Source of the DNA: Gammaproteobacteria bacterium
GTDB lineage: Bacteria; Pseudomonadota; Gammaproteobacteria; JASBUN01
Direction: 5' to 3'
DNA: 64,000 bases
Assembly: GCA_030147845.1 (NCBI GenBank)
Contig: JASBUN010000046.1
Span: 64,430 to 128,429 of the forward strand
In this document: in pieces, positions 20,042-29,107 of the stretch
Position numbering within the stretch: position 1 is the first letter of the stretch
How the letters are laid out: each line of letters starts with the position of its first letter
Program-made: the position numbers and the translations under genes
Notes under the pieces: generated by a model
The model's database searches: none
What the model was told of the DNA's origin: nothing
What the model saw: the letters and a program-made list of their open reading frames with translations, nothing else

Positions 20042-21397
20042 TTAGGCGGGCACATCAATACCGGCTTCGCGCAGGCGCGCCAATTTGTAGCGCAGCGTAC
20101 GCGGGCTGATGCCGAGGCGTTCGGCAGCCGCCTTGCGGCTGCCGCGCGCGGCCCGCAGCGCGTCTAAAATGAGGCTCTGTTCACGGCTCTTGAGGTCTTC
20201 GCTAAGTTCGCCGGGCGCCTCATCCACGGCCAACGGCGGCGGCGCTGACCCCGCCTCGCCCGGCGCTTGCGTCTTTAACGTTTGCATACAAATGTCGGCG
20301 GCTTCGATCACACTACCGCGCTTTAGAATCAGTGCACGTTGGATAACGTTGTCCAACTCACGCACGTTACCCGGCCAGCAGTGCGCCACCAGCGCCTGTT
20401 CCGCCGCGGCAGACAAGCGCGTACCACTGTTGCTGTCGCCACGCCGCTCGATCATGTAACGCGCCAACGGCAAAATGTCGGCGCGACGTTCACGCAGGGG
20501 GGTTAAGTGCAGCGGAAACACACTCAATCGGTAGAACAGATCTTCGCGAAAACGTCCGGCCGCCACCTCCGCGTGCAGATCGCGATTTGATGTGGCCAGC
20601 ACGCGGACATCCAGCCGGATTGTCTTGCGGGCACCCAAACGCTCGACTTCACGCTCCTGTAACACCCGTAGCAATTTGGCTTGCAGGCCCAGATCCATTT
20701 CTGATATCTCGTCGAGTAACAGCGTACCGCCGTTGGCCTGCTCGAACTTGCCTGGGTTGGCTTGATAAGCGCCGGTAAATGCGCCCTTCTCGTAACCAAA
20801 CAGCACCGCCTCGAGCATATTCTCGGGAATCGCCGCACAGTTGATGGCAACGAAAGGATGCTCGACGCGCGGCGAGTTGCGATGGATATGGCGCGCGAAT
20901 ATTTCCTTGCCGGTACCGCTGTCGCCGGTGATAAGCACCGTCGCGTCGGTGGCGGCCACGCGCGCGGCCAACGCCGCCAGGGCGCGCGTGTGCGTATCCT
21001 CGGCAACCAAATCGGCATCACTGGTGGTCGGCGTCTCGGCGATCAGGCGGCTGACCATGTTGACCAGCACTTCGGCCTCAAACGGTTTAACCAAATAATC
21101 CACTGCGCCATCGCGCATCGCCTCAACGGCTTTTTGGATGGTGCCGTAGGCGGTCATTAACACAACCGGCAACTCCGGGTGCTGTGACTTGATGCGCTTG
21201 AGCAAATTATGTCCATCCATGGGTTGCATCTGCACATCGCTAACCACCATGCGGATATCGTCCCTTCGCAGCATGTCCATTGCAGCACGTCCATCGGTCG
21301 CCGATATCGCTGAATAACCAGCCAGTTCCAGCGTGTCGCAAAGCGCTTCCCGCAGTGACAGATCATCTTCGACTACCAGTACGGCACCTTGGTTCAT
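20042..21397 (-). CDS. fleR: Sigma54-dependent response regulator FleR (FlrC)
   Basis: A receiver domain (VVEDD...D54) followed by an AAA+ sigma54-activation domain with GDSGTGKE and GAFTGA motifs, and a C-terminal helix-turn-helix. Confidence 0.85.
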   Translation of the reverse strand: MNQGAVLVVEDDLSLREALCDTLELAGYSAISATDGRAAMDMLRRDDIRMVVSDVQMQPMDGHNLLKRIKSQHPELPVVLMTAYGTIQKAVEAMRDGAVDYLVKPFEAEVLVNMVSRLIAETPTTSDADLVAEDTHTRALAALAARVAATDATVLITGDSGTGKEIFARHIHRNSPRVEHPFVAINCAAIPENMLEAVLFGYEKGAFTGAYQANPGKFEQANGGTLLLDEISEMDLGLQAKLLRVLQEREVERLGARKTIRLDVRVLATSNRDLHAEVAAGRFREDLFYRLSVFPLHLTPLRERRADILPLARYMIERRGDSNSGTRLSAAAEQALVAHCWPGNVRELDNVIQRALILKRGSVIEAADICMQTLKTQAPGEAGSAPPPLAVDEAPGELSEDLKSREQSLILDALRAARGSRKAAAERLGISPRTLRYKLARLREAGIDVPA

Positions 21398-21409
21398 GAA
21401 TACTTCTCC

Positions 21410-22648
21410 TCAGGAATGATGCTTCGCGGAAGCGGCGGAAGTTAAATTCGATTCGTGCATGCGCGGCGCAAAATCGCCCGGCAATACATCGGCGTTACGC
21501 GCACAAGGGACGCGCACCGCGAACGTGCTGCCGTGCACGGAACTGGAGTGCAACCACACTTCGCCTTGATGGGCTAACGCAATGGCTCGAACCACCGCCA
21601 GTCCCAGACCGGTGCCATCGGCGCGTGTAGTGAAAAACGGCGCGAACAGGCGCTCGCGTATGTCCTCGGCGATACCCGGCCCGTTGTCTGACAACAAAAA
21701 CACGATCTGCTGATCGGCATTGGAGCGAACTTCAATGCGCAGTTTCGGCGCCACCGGGCACGCCTGTAAGGCATTGGTCGCAAGATTCAGTAACGCACTT
21801 TGCAAGGCCTCGCGGTTACCGCGCAATAAAGCCCCGGGAGCGCGATTAAATAACTCGAACTCACCACCAAGCGCTTCAAGTTGCGGGTCCAGCGTTTGTT
21901 GTAAATCGGCCACCAGCGCGTCTACCGGCACGTCGTCCATATCGAAACTGCCACCGCGCGCGAATTGCAGCATATCGCCGACTAAATGCTCTAAATGACG
22001 CAGGCGACCGACGACTTTGTCGGTAAACCGGCGACGGTCGGCATCGGCGAGATCATGCCGGCCGAGGTGAGATACGTATAACAGCGCCGACGCTAGCGGC
22101 GTGCGCACCTGATGCGCCAGGGCGGCCGCCATCTCACCCATGGCAGACAGCCGGCGATGACGATTGAGCGTAGTTTGGAGTGCATGTTGTTCGGTCACAT
22201 CCATAAGCAACATGATCTGGCCGGGTTCAGGTTCTAGCGAGCGGGCCGACAGGCTGACCTTACGTCCGCTTAGCAAGCCGACCTCACCGTCATCACCGAC
22301 TTGCGTCTGGAAGGCGCGTTCGACCACTTGTCGCCAGCCCATGCCCTCGAGCGGCGGCCCGAGCAGGTCCAATGCTGCGGGGTTGCAAGCGCTGATGGTG
22401 CCGTCGCCGTCGAGAACCAGCACTCCACCAGGCAACAAATCCAACAAACGTTCGAGACGGTTCACCAGGCGTTCTGTCTCGGCCAACTGCGTCAGGCGCT
22501 CGCTACGCGCAGCAGCAAGCTCCTCGCTGAGCTGCGCCACCCGAGCTTCGAGCACGCGGTAGGAATCCTCCAACTGCGACGACATTTGCGTGAACAGTTG
22601 AAAAGCGTCTTCGAGTTGTTGTGCGCGACCGTCGGTGTGCGGCTGCAT
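21410..22648 (-). CDS. fleS: Cytoplasmic sensor histidine kinase FleS (FlrB)
   Basis: A PAS domain plus a HisKA H-box (AHQVRTPLA) and a HATPase domain. It has no transmembrane segments. It is paired with fleR. Confidence 0.8.
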   Translation of the reverse strand: MQPHTDGRAQQLEDAFQLFTQMSSQLEDSYRVLEARVAQLSEELAAARSERLTQLAETERLVNRLERLLDLLPGGVLVLDGDGTISACNPAALDLLGPPLEGMGWRQVVERAFQTQVGDDGEVGLLSGRKVSLSARSLEPEPGQIMLLMDVTEQHALQTTLNRHRRLSAMGEMAAALAHQVRTPLASALLYVSHLGRHDLADADRRRFTDKVVGRLRHLEHLVGDMLQFARGGSFDMDDVPVDALVADLQQTLDPQLEALGGEFELFNRAPGALLRGNREALQSALLNLATNALQACPVAPKLRIEVRSNADQQIVFLLSDNGPGIAEDIRERLFAPFFTTRADGTGLGLAVVRAIALAHQGEVWLHSSSVHGSTFAVRVPCARNADVLPGDFAPRMHESNLTSAASAKHHS

Positions 22649-22701
22649 GTCCTGCCCCCAAGGCGAAAATCCGGCGCGGGAAATCCCGGCATTCGCTTTA
22701 G

Positions 22702-22716
22702 AGCAAGATCTGTGCC
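22702..22716 (-). promoter_or_regulatory. Sigma54-like promoter AGGCAC-agatc-TTGC upstream of fleS.
   Basis: It lies about 54 nt upstream of fleS, with the GG and GC dinucleotides conserved. Confidence 0.5.
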
Positions 22717-22770
22717 TGAAATCGGTTTTCTTTTAAATCAGAGGGTTAAAGAGGGGAGGAAGGTGTGACG

Positions 22771-24222
22771 TCAATTACTTGTCGCGTCCAGGCCGCGGTG
22801 CAGGCCGTATTTACGCAATTTCTCGACCAGCGTCGTGCGGCGCATATCGAGTAGTTTGGCGGCGTGCGCCACCACGCCGTCGGCCTCGCTCAAGGCCTGG
22901 CGGATAAGGCTGACTTCGAGATTGCTAAGATGTTCCTTCAGATTCAAGCCGTCGCGCGGCAGGCGCGCATCCAGCGGGTCGGCCGGTATCTGCAGTGACG
23001 CCTCTGCGACATCGGCGTAGATGGCCGAGGCGCCGGAATCATCCGGACGAAACTTCTCCGGCAATTCCTTGATGTCGACCACACCGAACGGAAACAGAAT
23101 ACCCAAGCGTTCGATGAGGTTGGCAAGCTCGCGGACATTGCCAGGCCACCGATACTGACACAACGCCATGGTGGCGGCTGGATTCAGGCGTACCGAGCCG
23201 CGTTTTTCGTGCTCGATGCGCGCGATCAGTTCGTTGATCAGCAGCGGGATGTCCTCGACCCGTTCGCGCAACGGCGGCATGTCGATCGGAAATACGTTCA
23301 AACGGTAATACAGATCCTCGCGGAACTTGCCCTCCGCGATCAAATCCTCCAGCGTGCGATGGGTAGCCGCGACTATACGAACGTCGGTGGTAATACTCTT
23401 GTTACTGCCGACGCGCTCAAACGTGCGCTCCTGCAACACGCGTAATAGTTTTACTTGCATGGACAGCGGCATATCGCCGATCTCGTCCAAAAACAAGGTG
23501 CCGCCCTCGGCCATTTCGAAACGCCCCTGACGGGCGCTGATGGCGCCGGTAAATGCGCCCTTTTCATGGCCGAACAATTCGCTTTCCAGCAGATCGGGCG
23601 GGATCGCGCCACAGTTGATCGGCACGAATGGGTTGTCGCGTCGGTTGGAATAGTAGTGGATATTACGCGCCACCACTTCCTTGCCGGTACCTGATTCGCC
23701 CAGCACCAGCACGGTCGCGTCCGACGCCGCGACCTGCTCGATCAGGCGCCTGATTTGTTTCACCTTGCGGCTACTCCCGACCAAGCTGCGGAACAATTCC
23801 ACCGGCCGCCGACTGGTGCCCGCGGCGTCACGGCTGGACCGGAACACTTGCGCTTTATGCAACAAATTGCTGATATTGCTATAGCGTAGCGGCAAATCAA
23901 CGAAACCTAAAATCTGTTTACCGGTTTCCGGTAAACCCGCCGACTCGTCATCGCTCTTAAGCACCATTACCGGCGCATCCGGATCGTGTTTGGCCAATTC
24001 CTCGACCATGCGTACGGTATCGCAACGCCCCAACACGACCGCATCAATACGCATATCCTTAGCGATCGCCTGGCGCCATGCCGCGGGTTCGGCGACGATC
24101 ACCGGCTCGAAATCAATGAATTCCAACACTGTGCGAAGCTGCTCGGCGCGCTCGACATCCTGATCGATAATCAGAATCTTGCCGTCCGGCGCTTGTTTGG
24201 CGTGTGTGCCTTGATGGTTCAT
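22771..24222 (-). CDS. fleQ: Master flagellar regulator FleQ (FlrA), a sigma54 enhancer-binding protein.
   Basis: An N-terminal FleQ-type receiver-like domain, an AAA+ domain (GESGTGKE, GAFTGA) and a helix-turn-helix. It sits upstream of fleSR. Confidence 0.85.
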   Translation of the reverse strand: MNHQGTHAKQAPDGKILIIDQDVERAEQLRTVLEFIDFEPVIVAEPAAWRQAIAKDMRIDAVVLGRCDTVRMVEELAKHDPDAPVMVLKSDDESAGLPETGKQILGFVDLPLRYSNISNLLHKAQVFRSSRDAAGTSRRPVELFRSLVGSSRKVKQIRRLIEQVAASDATVLVLGESGTGKEVVARNIHYYSNRRDNPFVPINCGAIPPDLLESELFGHEKGAFTGAISARQGRFEMAEGGTLFLDEIGDMPLSMQVKLLRVLQERTFERVGSNKSITTDVRIVAATHRTLEDLIAEGKFREDLYYRLNVFPIDMPPLRERVEDIPLLINELIARIEHEKRGSVRLNPAATMALCQYRWPGNVRELANLIERLGILFPFGVVDIKELPEKFRPDDSGASAIYADVAEASLQIPADPLDARLPRDGLNLKEHLSNLEVSLIRQALSEADGVVAHAAKLLDMRRTTLVEKLRKYGLHRGLDATSN

Positions 24223-24530
24223 TGCGATAGCCCGTAACGTGTCAGTGTGCGAATTCTCTGGTGTCGCCCGTCATTGCACTCACTAAGACCCGGCACGATG
24301 CTGCTGCGACACCATCCGAGGCGCTACTAACGCATGAATCGTTGGCGACATTCGGAGGCAGGTGCTTGTGGCGCATGGACAGAGACGATCCGAAACCGTC
24401 CAAATTTTGTTTTTCTGCCGTCTAGTTAAGCACTCACCCACGCCTATGTCAAAATATTGTCGTGGGCAACAGTGCGGCAACGCCACGAATTTAATTCGTC
24501 ACGGAATTTAACCTTTTGTATTTTAAGGTA

Positions 24531-25115
24531 TTAAGGGTGGGGGCCGCGAGGGGGCCGATGTTGCGCGATGCTGCGTCGATGGTGGCGAAAAATCATCTTT
24601 TCCAACAGATCCTGAACAGGCTCTGTAAGTTCCTGAAATTCCACGTGCACCCGCCCCCCCGATGGCGTTGCAACGGATTCGCGCACGATGCCGTGCAGTT
24701 GTAATGGGCGCGGCAAGTTATCATTTAAATAGACCGCGATTAACAGGTGCTGATCAACCGCCGGCGCCGAGTCCGTAGCATAAGTTTCCCAGAGCATACC
24801 GTGGGCGTTGAGTTTGAGCGCGCGCGCGCCCGGCAACGCCTGCTGACCGCGCACCAGTTGGCCGACCAATTCCAAAACCAGATTGAGCTTGAACTCCAGG
24901 CGCGCCAGATCATGAGTCTGCGATCCATGATCATCGGTCACGTCGGGGGTAAACTCTTCCAGCGCCGACACCAGCCGCAGAACGTTCTCGTTGGCGGCGC
25001 TCCAATGTGCCGATTCACCAGCACTGGGGGGCGCGTTCAAAACCTGCCAACCGCAAGGCAGCACATCTTCGTAGAGGATGCCTTCTCCCAGCGAACCCGG
25101 CAAGTTAGTGTTCAT
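24531..25115 (-). CDS. Hypothetical 194-aa protein located between fliT and fleQ.
   Basis: A clean ORF with appropriate codon bias. I found no motif I can name. It contains a weak DxSxxG-like segment (PSGG), but not a convincing PilZ signature. Confidence 0.5.
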   Translation of the reverse strand: MNTNLPGSLGEGILYEDVLPCGWQVLNAPPSAGESAHWSAANENVLRLVSALEEFTPDVTDDHGSQTHDLARLEFKLNLVLELVGQLVRGQQALPGARALKLNAHGMLWETYATDSAPAVDQHLLIAVYLNDNLPRPLQLHGIVRESVATPSGGRVHVEFQELTEPVQDLLEKMIFRHHRRSIAQHRPPRGPHP

Positions 25116-25238
25116 CGACAGTAACCGCGTATCCTATGAAATTGATTCAGTCATGACGCCGGTACTACTTGCGTGACATTGAAACTACCTAAAGTCGATT
25201 GTCGCGGCAAGCGCGTAAAAGTCATCGGACTTCGGTGT

Positions 25239-25592
25239 TCAGCGCATGTTCTGTGCGTACGCGGCAGTGGCTTTACACCCTTTGCGCCAACCGATCAGCC
25301 CAACCGACAACTCCGCCATGCGCTGACGCCCCAGTGCAATGAGCTCCTTGTCCAAAGCGAGAATCTCGCGGATTCCGGCCGCGATACCGGCGGCCCGTTC
25401 GACCGCCGGCGGCTGCGCGAACGCATCCCGAATCAATCGTTGGCGTTGGCTCTCCATGCCGAATACGTCATCCCATTCCCCCGCTCGGGCTTTGGATAAC
25501 ATCGCGCGCGAGAGTTGAATCAGCGCGTCAAATTGGCCCAGTCGATCGAGTTCATTCGGTTGCGCAATATCACCGACCAAGGCAGCGGACAT
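25239..25592 (-). CDS. fliT: Probable flagellar export chaperone FliT (FleP-like)
   Basis: A roughly 117-aa alpha-helical protein directly after fliS. I placed the start at the ATG at 25592, which has a GGAG ribosome-binding site and lies 5 nt past the fliS stop. Confidence 0.55.
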   Translation of the reverse strand: MSAALVGDIAQPNELDRLGQFDALIQLSRAMLSKARAGEWDDVFGMESQRQRLIRDAFAQPPAVERAAGIAAGIREILALDKELIALGRQRMAELSVGLIGWRKGCKATAAYAQNMR

Positions 25593-25596
25593 GTCA

Positions 25597-26037
25597 TCAG
25601 ACTCCATTACCGACGCGCACTGACTCCCCGGCATGCGCGTTCTTGACCGATTCGGGAATGGCGTCCCAGCCGCTCTTCACTTCCAACATCAGGCGCGACA
25701 CTTCATCGATGATCTCGTCGCGGTTCTGCATATTGGCTTCGAGCAAGCGACGATTCATGTAGTCGTAGAGCGCCTCGAGATTTTCCGCCATCGCGCCGCC
25801 GGCCTCCATGTCGAGACTGGCGCGTAAGCCATCGATGATGGAAATCGCGCCACCGATATACTTGCCCTTGGCGGCGACCTCACCGCGTTGCATACAGCCC
25901 TTGGCGGTATGCAAGCGCTCCAACGCGCCCTCCATGAGCATTTGAATCAGGCGATGGGGACTGGCATCCATAATCGAACCCTGCACACCGACTTTGCGGT
26001 ACTGGCTCAACGCGCCTTGAATATTTCCGTAGCTCAT
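25597..26037 (-). CDS. fliS: Flagellin-specific chaperone FliS
   Basis: A 146-aa protein with a typical FliS four-helix sequence (GAISIIDGLRASLDME). Confidence 0.9.
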   Translation of the reverse strand: MSYGNIQGALSQYRKVGVQGSIMDASPHRLIQMLMEGALERLHTAKGCMQRGEVAAKGKYIGGAISIIDGLRASLDMEAGGAMAENLEALYDYMNRRLLEANMQNRDEIIDEVSRLMLEVKSGWDAIPESVKNAHAGESVRVGNGV

Positions 26038-26195
26038 TCGTGTTCCTCGCGATACGTTTGTGCTTGGTTTGCTATATCCAGTAGTACTTCGATATTAACT
26101 AGGTTAGCGACTCGTTCGGCGGTGGCTAAAGGCGTAGTCCTTGGAATTTTTCAGCCTACCGGGACTGTTTAATCTTGTTCACGCTCCGCGCCTGC

Positions 26196-27542
26196 TCAGC
26201 CTTTTATGGTCGGTAGTGACGCCAATTGCTGCGTCAGATAATTACCCTGGGTTTGCAGATTGGCAACCAATTGATCGAGTGCAGTGTACTGAGCTTGGTA
26301 GCGCTGTTGTATGCCCTGCAAGCGCAGCGTCATAGAATCAATTTGCGTCTGCACACTACTAATTTGCGTGTTGATCCCTTTTTGATGGGTGTCAACCAAA
26401 CCGCCGGTTTGCAGCAATTGATCCGCCATGCTCTTCAAGCGGAAGCCGTAGCCTTGATTATTGTTACCGAACAAATCCGCCACGCCGTTGGGATCGGTGT
26501 TCAGGGCAGCGGCAAATGCGGTCGGATCCAACGCCATGGTGCCATCCTTCTGGATGGACAGGCCGACTTCGGCCAAGTACGAATATTGGCTCGAGATACC
26601 ACTCGGCGGCGTGTTGAGGGTATCGCGCACCTGGTTCTGGATACTACGTAGCGTGTTATCGGCCTGCAAAGTAGTACTGCCCAGATCGGACATGGTCTTT
26701 TGTAGCGAATTGTAGGCATCGACGAAGGCCTGCGCCTTGGCGGTGATGCCTTTGGTATCGCGACTCAAGGTCAAGGTCGACGTGCCGGCGGCGGTAAGAT
26801 TCAAGGTCACGCCGGTAAGCATATCGGTGACCGTATTACTGCTACTGCTGATGGTATAGGTGCCGTCGAGCACCACCTGGGCATTCAAATCGGCCGAGGT
26901 AAAGACGCCATCGCCGTTGCGGTCTTTGTTCAACGACGTCAGCGCGAACGGATCGGTACCGCTATAGCTTACCGATGTATACCCAACGCTGCCGGTGTCG
27001 TTGGCCGACAGCAGTAAACGATAGCCTGAGGTGTCGTGAACGATGCTGGCGGTAACGCCGACATTGCCCGAGTTCGAATTGATGCTGTCGCGTATCTGGC
27101 TCAGCGTTTGGCCGCCATAACTCACGGTAAACGGCGTGTTACTGCCAACGGTGATGGTCATGGAATCGCCGGCGGTACCGATGGTGGTGGTACCGGTATC
27201 GGCATAGACGGTCGAGGCGCCGAGTTTGTGTTGCTCGGCAATGCGATTCACAGCGACGTTATAGGTGCCGCCGCCGGCGGTCGAATCGGCGCTGGCGGTA
27301 AAAACCGTGGTATCGGACGAGGCCGCGGAAAATAGCTTGAAATCGGACGGTGTGTTGAGGCCGCCCATGGCCGTTTGGAAAGCCGACAGCGCGCCGCTAA
27401 GTTTTCCATAGGCGCTCAGTTCGTCTTGGTAGGTCTGTTTGGTGGTATTGAGCTTGTTGAGTGGTATGCTCTCGACCGCCATCAGCTTCGAGACGATCGT
27501 ATTTACGTCAAGCCCTGAACCGACACCAGGTGAACTAATCAT
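26196..27542 (-). CDS. fliD: Flagellar filament cap protein FliD
   Basis: A 448-aa protein with conserved N- and C-terminal FliD coiled-coil regions. Confidence 0.9.
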   Translation of the reverse strand: MISSPGVGSGLDVNTIVSKLMAVESIPLNKLNTTKQTYQDELSAYGKLSGALSAFQTAMGGLNTPSDFKLFSAASSDTTVFTASADSTAGGGTYNVAVNRIAEQHKLGASTVYADTGTTTIGTAGDSMTITVGSNTPFTVSYGGQTLSQIRDSINSNSGNVGVTASIVHDTSGYRLLLSANDTGSVGYTSVSYSGTDPFALTSLNKDRNGDGVFTSADLNAQVVLDGTYTISSSSNTVTDMLTGVTLNLTAAGTSTLTLSRDTKGITAKAQAFVDAYNSLQKTMSDLGSTTLQADNTLRSIQNQVRDTLNTPPSGISSQYSYLAEVGLSIQKDGTMALDPTAFAAALNTDPNGVADLFGNNNQGYGFRLKSMADQLLQTGGLVDTHQKGINTQISSVQTQIDSMTLRLQGIQQRYQAQYTALDQLVANLQTQGNYLTQQLASLPTIKG

Positions 27543-27576
27543 GTGGCCTCCTGAAATGACCTCCGCAATGTAAAGT

Positions 27577-27591
27577 GCAAGTTCGGTGCCA
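27577..27591 (-). promoter_or_regulatory. Sigma54 promoter TGGCAC-cgaac-TTGC upstream of fliD.
   Basis: A perfect consensus in the flaG-fliD spacer, about 35 nt upstream of the fliD ATG. Confidence 0.65.
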
Positions 27592-27594
27592 GCG

Positions 27595-27957
27595 TCAGGC
27601 CTTGACCCTTAAAATGGTACCGTCCTGCAGTTGCTTAAGCGTACTGGCCAGTTGCAGAATTTCTTTGGGGGGGATTTGGCGCAGCACTTCTTTGCTACGC
27701 GAATCAACGACTTTTATCACAGTGCGGCCGCTATCGGAATCGATAGTAAACTCCAAATCGCGCTGGATGTTCTGTACATGGTCATTCAGTTCGCTTACGG
27801 CATCGGCTAACGACGCCGGCTTAGTCCCACTCCTTGCGCCAGCGGGCGGCAACGTGTTGCCGCTGCTTGTGCCGTTGGTGGCCGACGACGACCGCGGCGC
27901 CAACGTGCGTGCAGCGATCGACGATCCGGCGACTTGGGAAAGCGGTTGTGAAGACAT
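27595..27957 (-). CDS. flaG: Flagellar protein FlaG
   Basis: A 120-aa protein with a conserved FlaG C-terminus (IDSDSGRTVIKVVD...EVLRQIPP). Confidence 0.8.
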   Translation of the reverse strand: MSSQPLSQVAGSSIAARTLAPRSSSATNGTSSGNTLPPAGARSGTKPASLADAVSELNDHVQNIQRDLEFTIDSDSGRTVIKVVDSRSKEVLRQIPPKEILQLASTLKQLQDGTILRVKA

Positions 27958-27980
27958 GGCTCACACTCCCTAGACGTGCC

Positions 27981-28017
27981 TTAAAATAGCCGTTCGGGAC
28001 CTCCTGTCCCGAACGGC
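27981..28017 (-). terminator. Rho-independent terminator immediately downstream of fliC.
   Basis: A 12-bp perfect stem GCCGTTCGGGAC/GTCCCGAACGGC with a 5-nt loop, followed on the minus strand by TATTTTAA. Confidence 0.7.
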
Positions 28018-28043
28018 CAGCCATTGGTGACGTTGAGCCGCGT

Positions 28044-28886
28044 TTAACGCAACAGTGCCAGCGCCGACTGCGGCAGCGCATTGGCCTGCGTGACCATGGC
28101 CACACCCGCCTGCTGTAGCACCTGGGCACGGGTCAACTTGGCGGTCTCCGCAGCGAAGTCTGCGTCCTGGATTCGACTGCGGGCAGCCGTCAGGTTCTCC
28201 GCGTAGACGCTCAAGTTGGAAATAACGGCGTCGAAACGGTTCTGCACCGCACCCATGTTGGTCTGCGCCGTAGCGACGGTTTTGATGGCGCTGTCCATAT
28301 TGGTGATGGCTGCCGAAGCCGTAGCCGCCGAACTGACGTCCACCGTGTTGGTTGCGGTAACCGAAGAGCTATAGCCGCTGATACCGGTCAAGCTGGACAG
28401 CGTGACACTCACCTGGTTGTTGGCCGTACCATTCTGACCAACCTGGAAGCTCAAGGAAGTGGTCGAACCGTCCAACAATTGCGTGCCGTTGAACGAGGAG
28501 GTGGCGACAATGCGCGAAATTTCCTGGGTCAGCTGATCGACCTCAGCCTGAATACCACTGCGGGCATCGTTGGAGGTCGCGCCGTTGGCAGACTGCACCG
28601 CCAATTCACGAATACGTTGCAAGTTTTTCTGTACTTCGGCCATACCACCTTCGGCGGTCTGCGCGAACGAAATACCGTCCGCCGCGTTGCGCGAGGCCTG
28701 ATTGACACCCGTAATAGCCGCAGTCTGCAACGAAATGTTGTACAGGCCGGCAGCGTCGTCCTTGGCGCTATTGACGCGTAGACCAGAGGACAAGCGCTGG
28801 ATTGCTGTTTGCAGATCCATGCTGTTCCTGGACAAATTGCGCTGCGCATTCAGCGAAGCCAGGTTGGTATTGATTGTAAGAGCCAT
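28044..28886 (-). CDS. fliC: Flagellin FliC, a short 280-aa form with a Ser/Thr-rich central region.
   Basis: It has the conserved D0/D1 termini (MALTINTNLASLNAQRNL...; LQQAGVAMVTQANALPQSALALLR). Confidence 0.95.
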   Translation of the reverse strand: MALTINTNLASLNAQRNLSRNSMDLQTAIQRLSSGLRVNSAKDDAAGLYNISLQTAAITGVNQASRNAADGISFAQTAEGGMAEVQKNLQRIRELAVQSANGATSNDARSGIQAEVDQLTQEISRIVATSSFNGTQLLDGSTTSLSFQVGQNGTANNQVSVTLSSLTGISGYSSSVTATNTVDVSSAATASAAITNMDSAIKTVATAQTNMGAVQNRFDAVISNLSVYAENLTAARSRIQDADFAAETAKLTRAQVLQQAGVAMVTQANALPQSALALLR

Positions 28887-28998
28887 GTTCGTTCTCCTGT
28901 TGGCAGCCGCCGCCCCAGGGCATCGCAGCTAACCGATCGGTTTGTTCATAGCGGATATACGGTCGCCAATAGGACTGTATTCACCGCCTCCGACTTCA

Positions 28999-29026
28999 TG
29001 TAACGGCCACGGGCGCGCCAAACTTT
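28999..29026 (-). promoter_or_regulatory. Sigma28 (FliA)-type promoter TAAAGTTT-N12-GCCGTTAC upstream of fliC.
   Basis: The -35 element is a perfect consensus. The -10 element matches GCCGATAA at 6 of 8 positions. It lies about 110 nt upstream of the fliC start, and an AT-rich tract lies further upstream. Confidence 0.45.
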
Positions 29027-29107
29027 AGGCTCTCCACAACAAAAATTTGACGTCCTTATTTTATTTCGCGATTTATATTTATCCAATTGTTTTTATTAAC
29101 TTTTATT

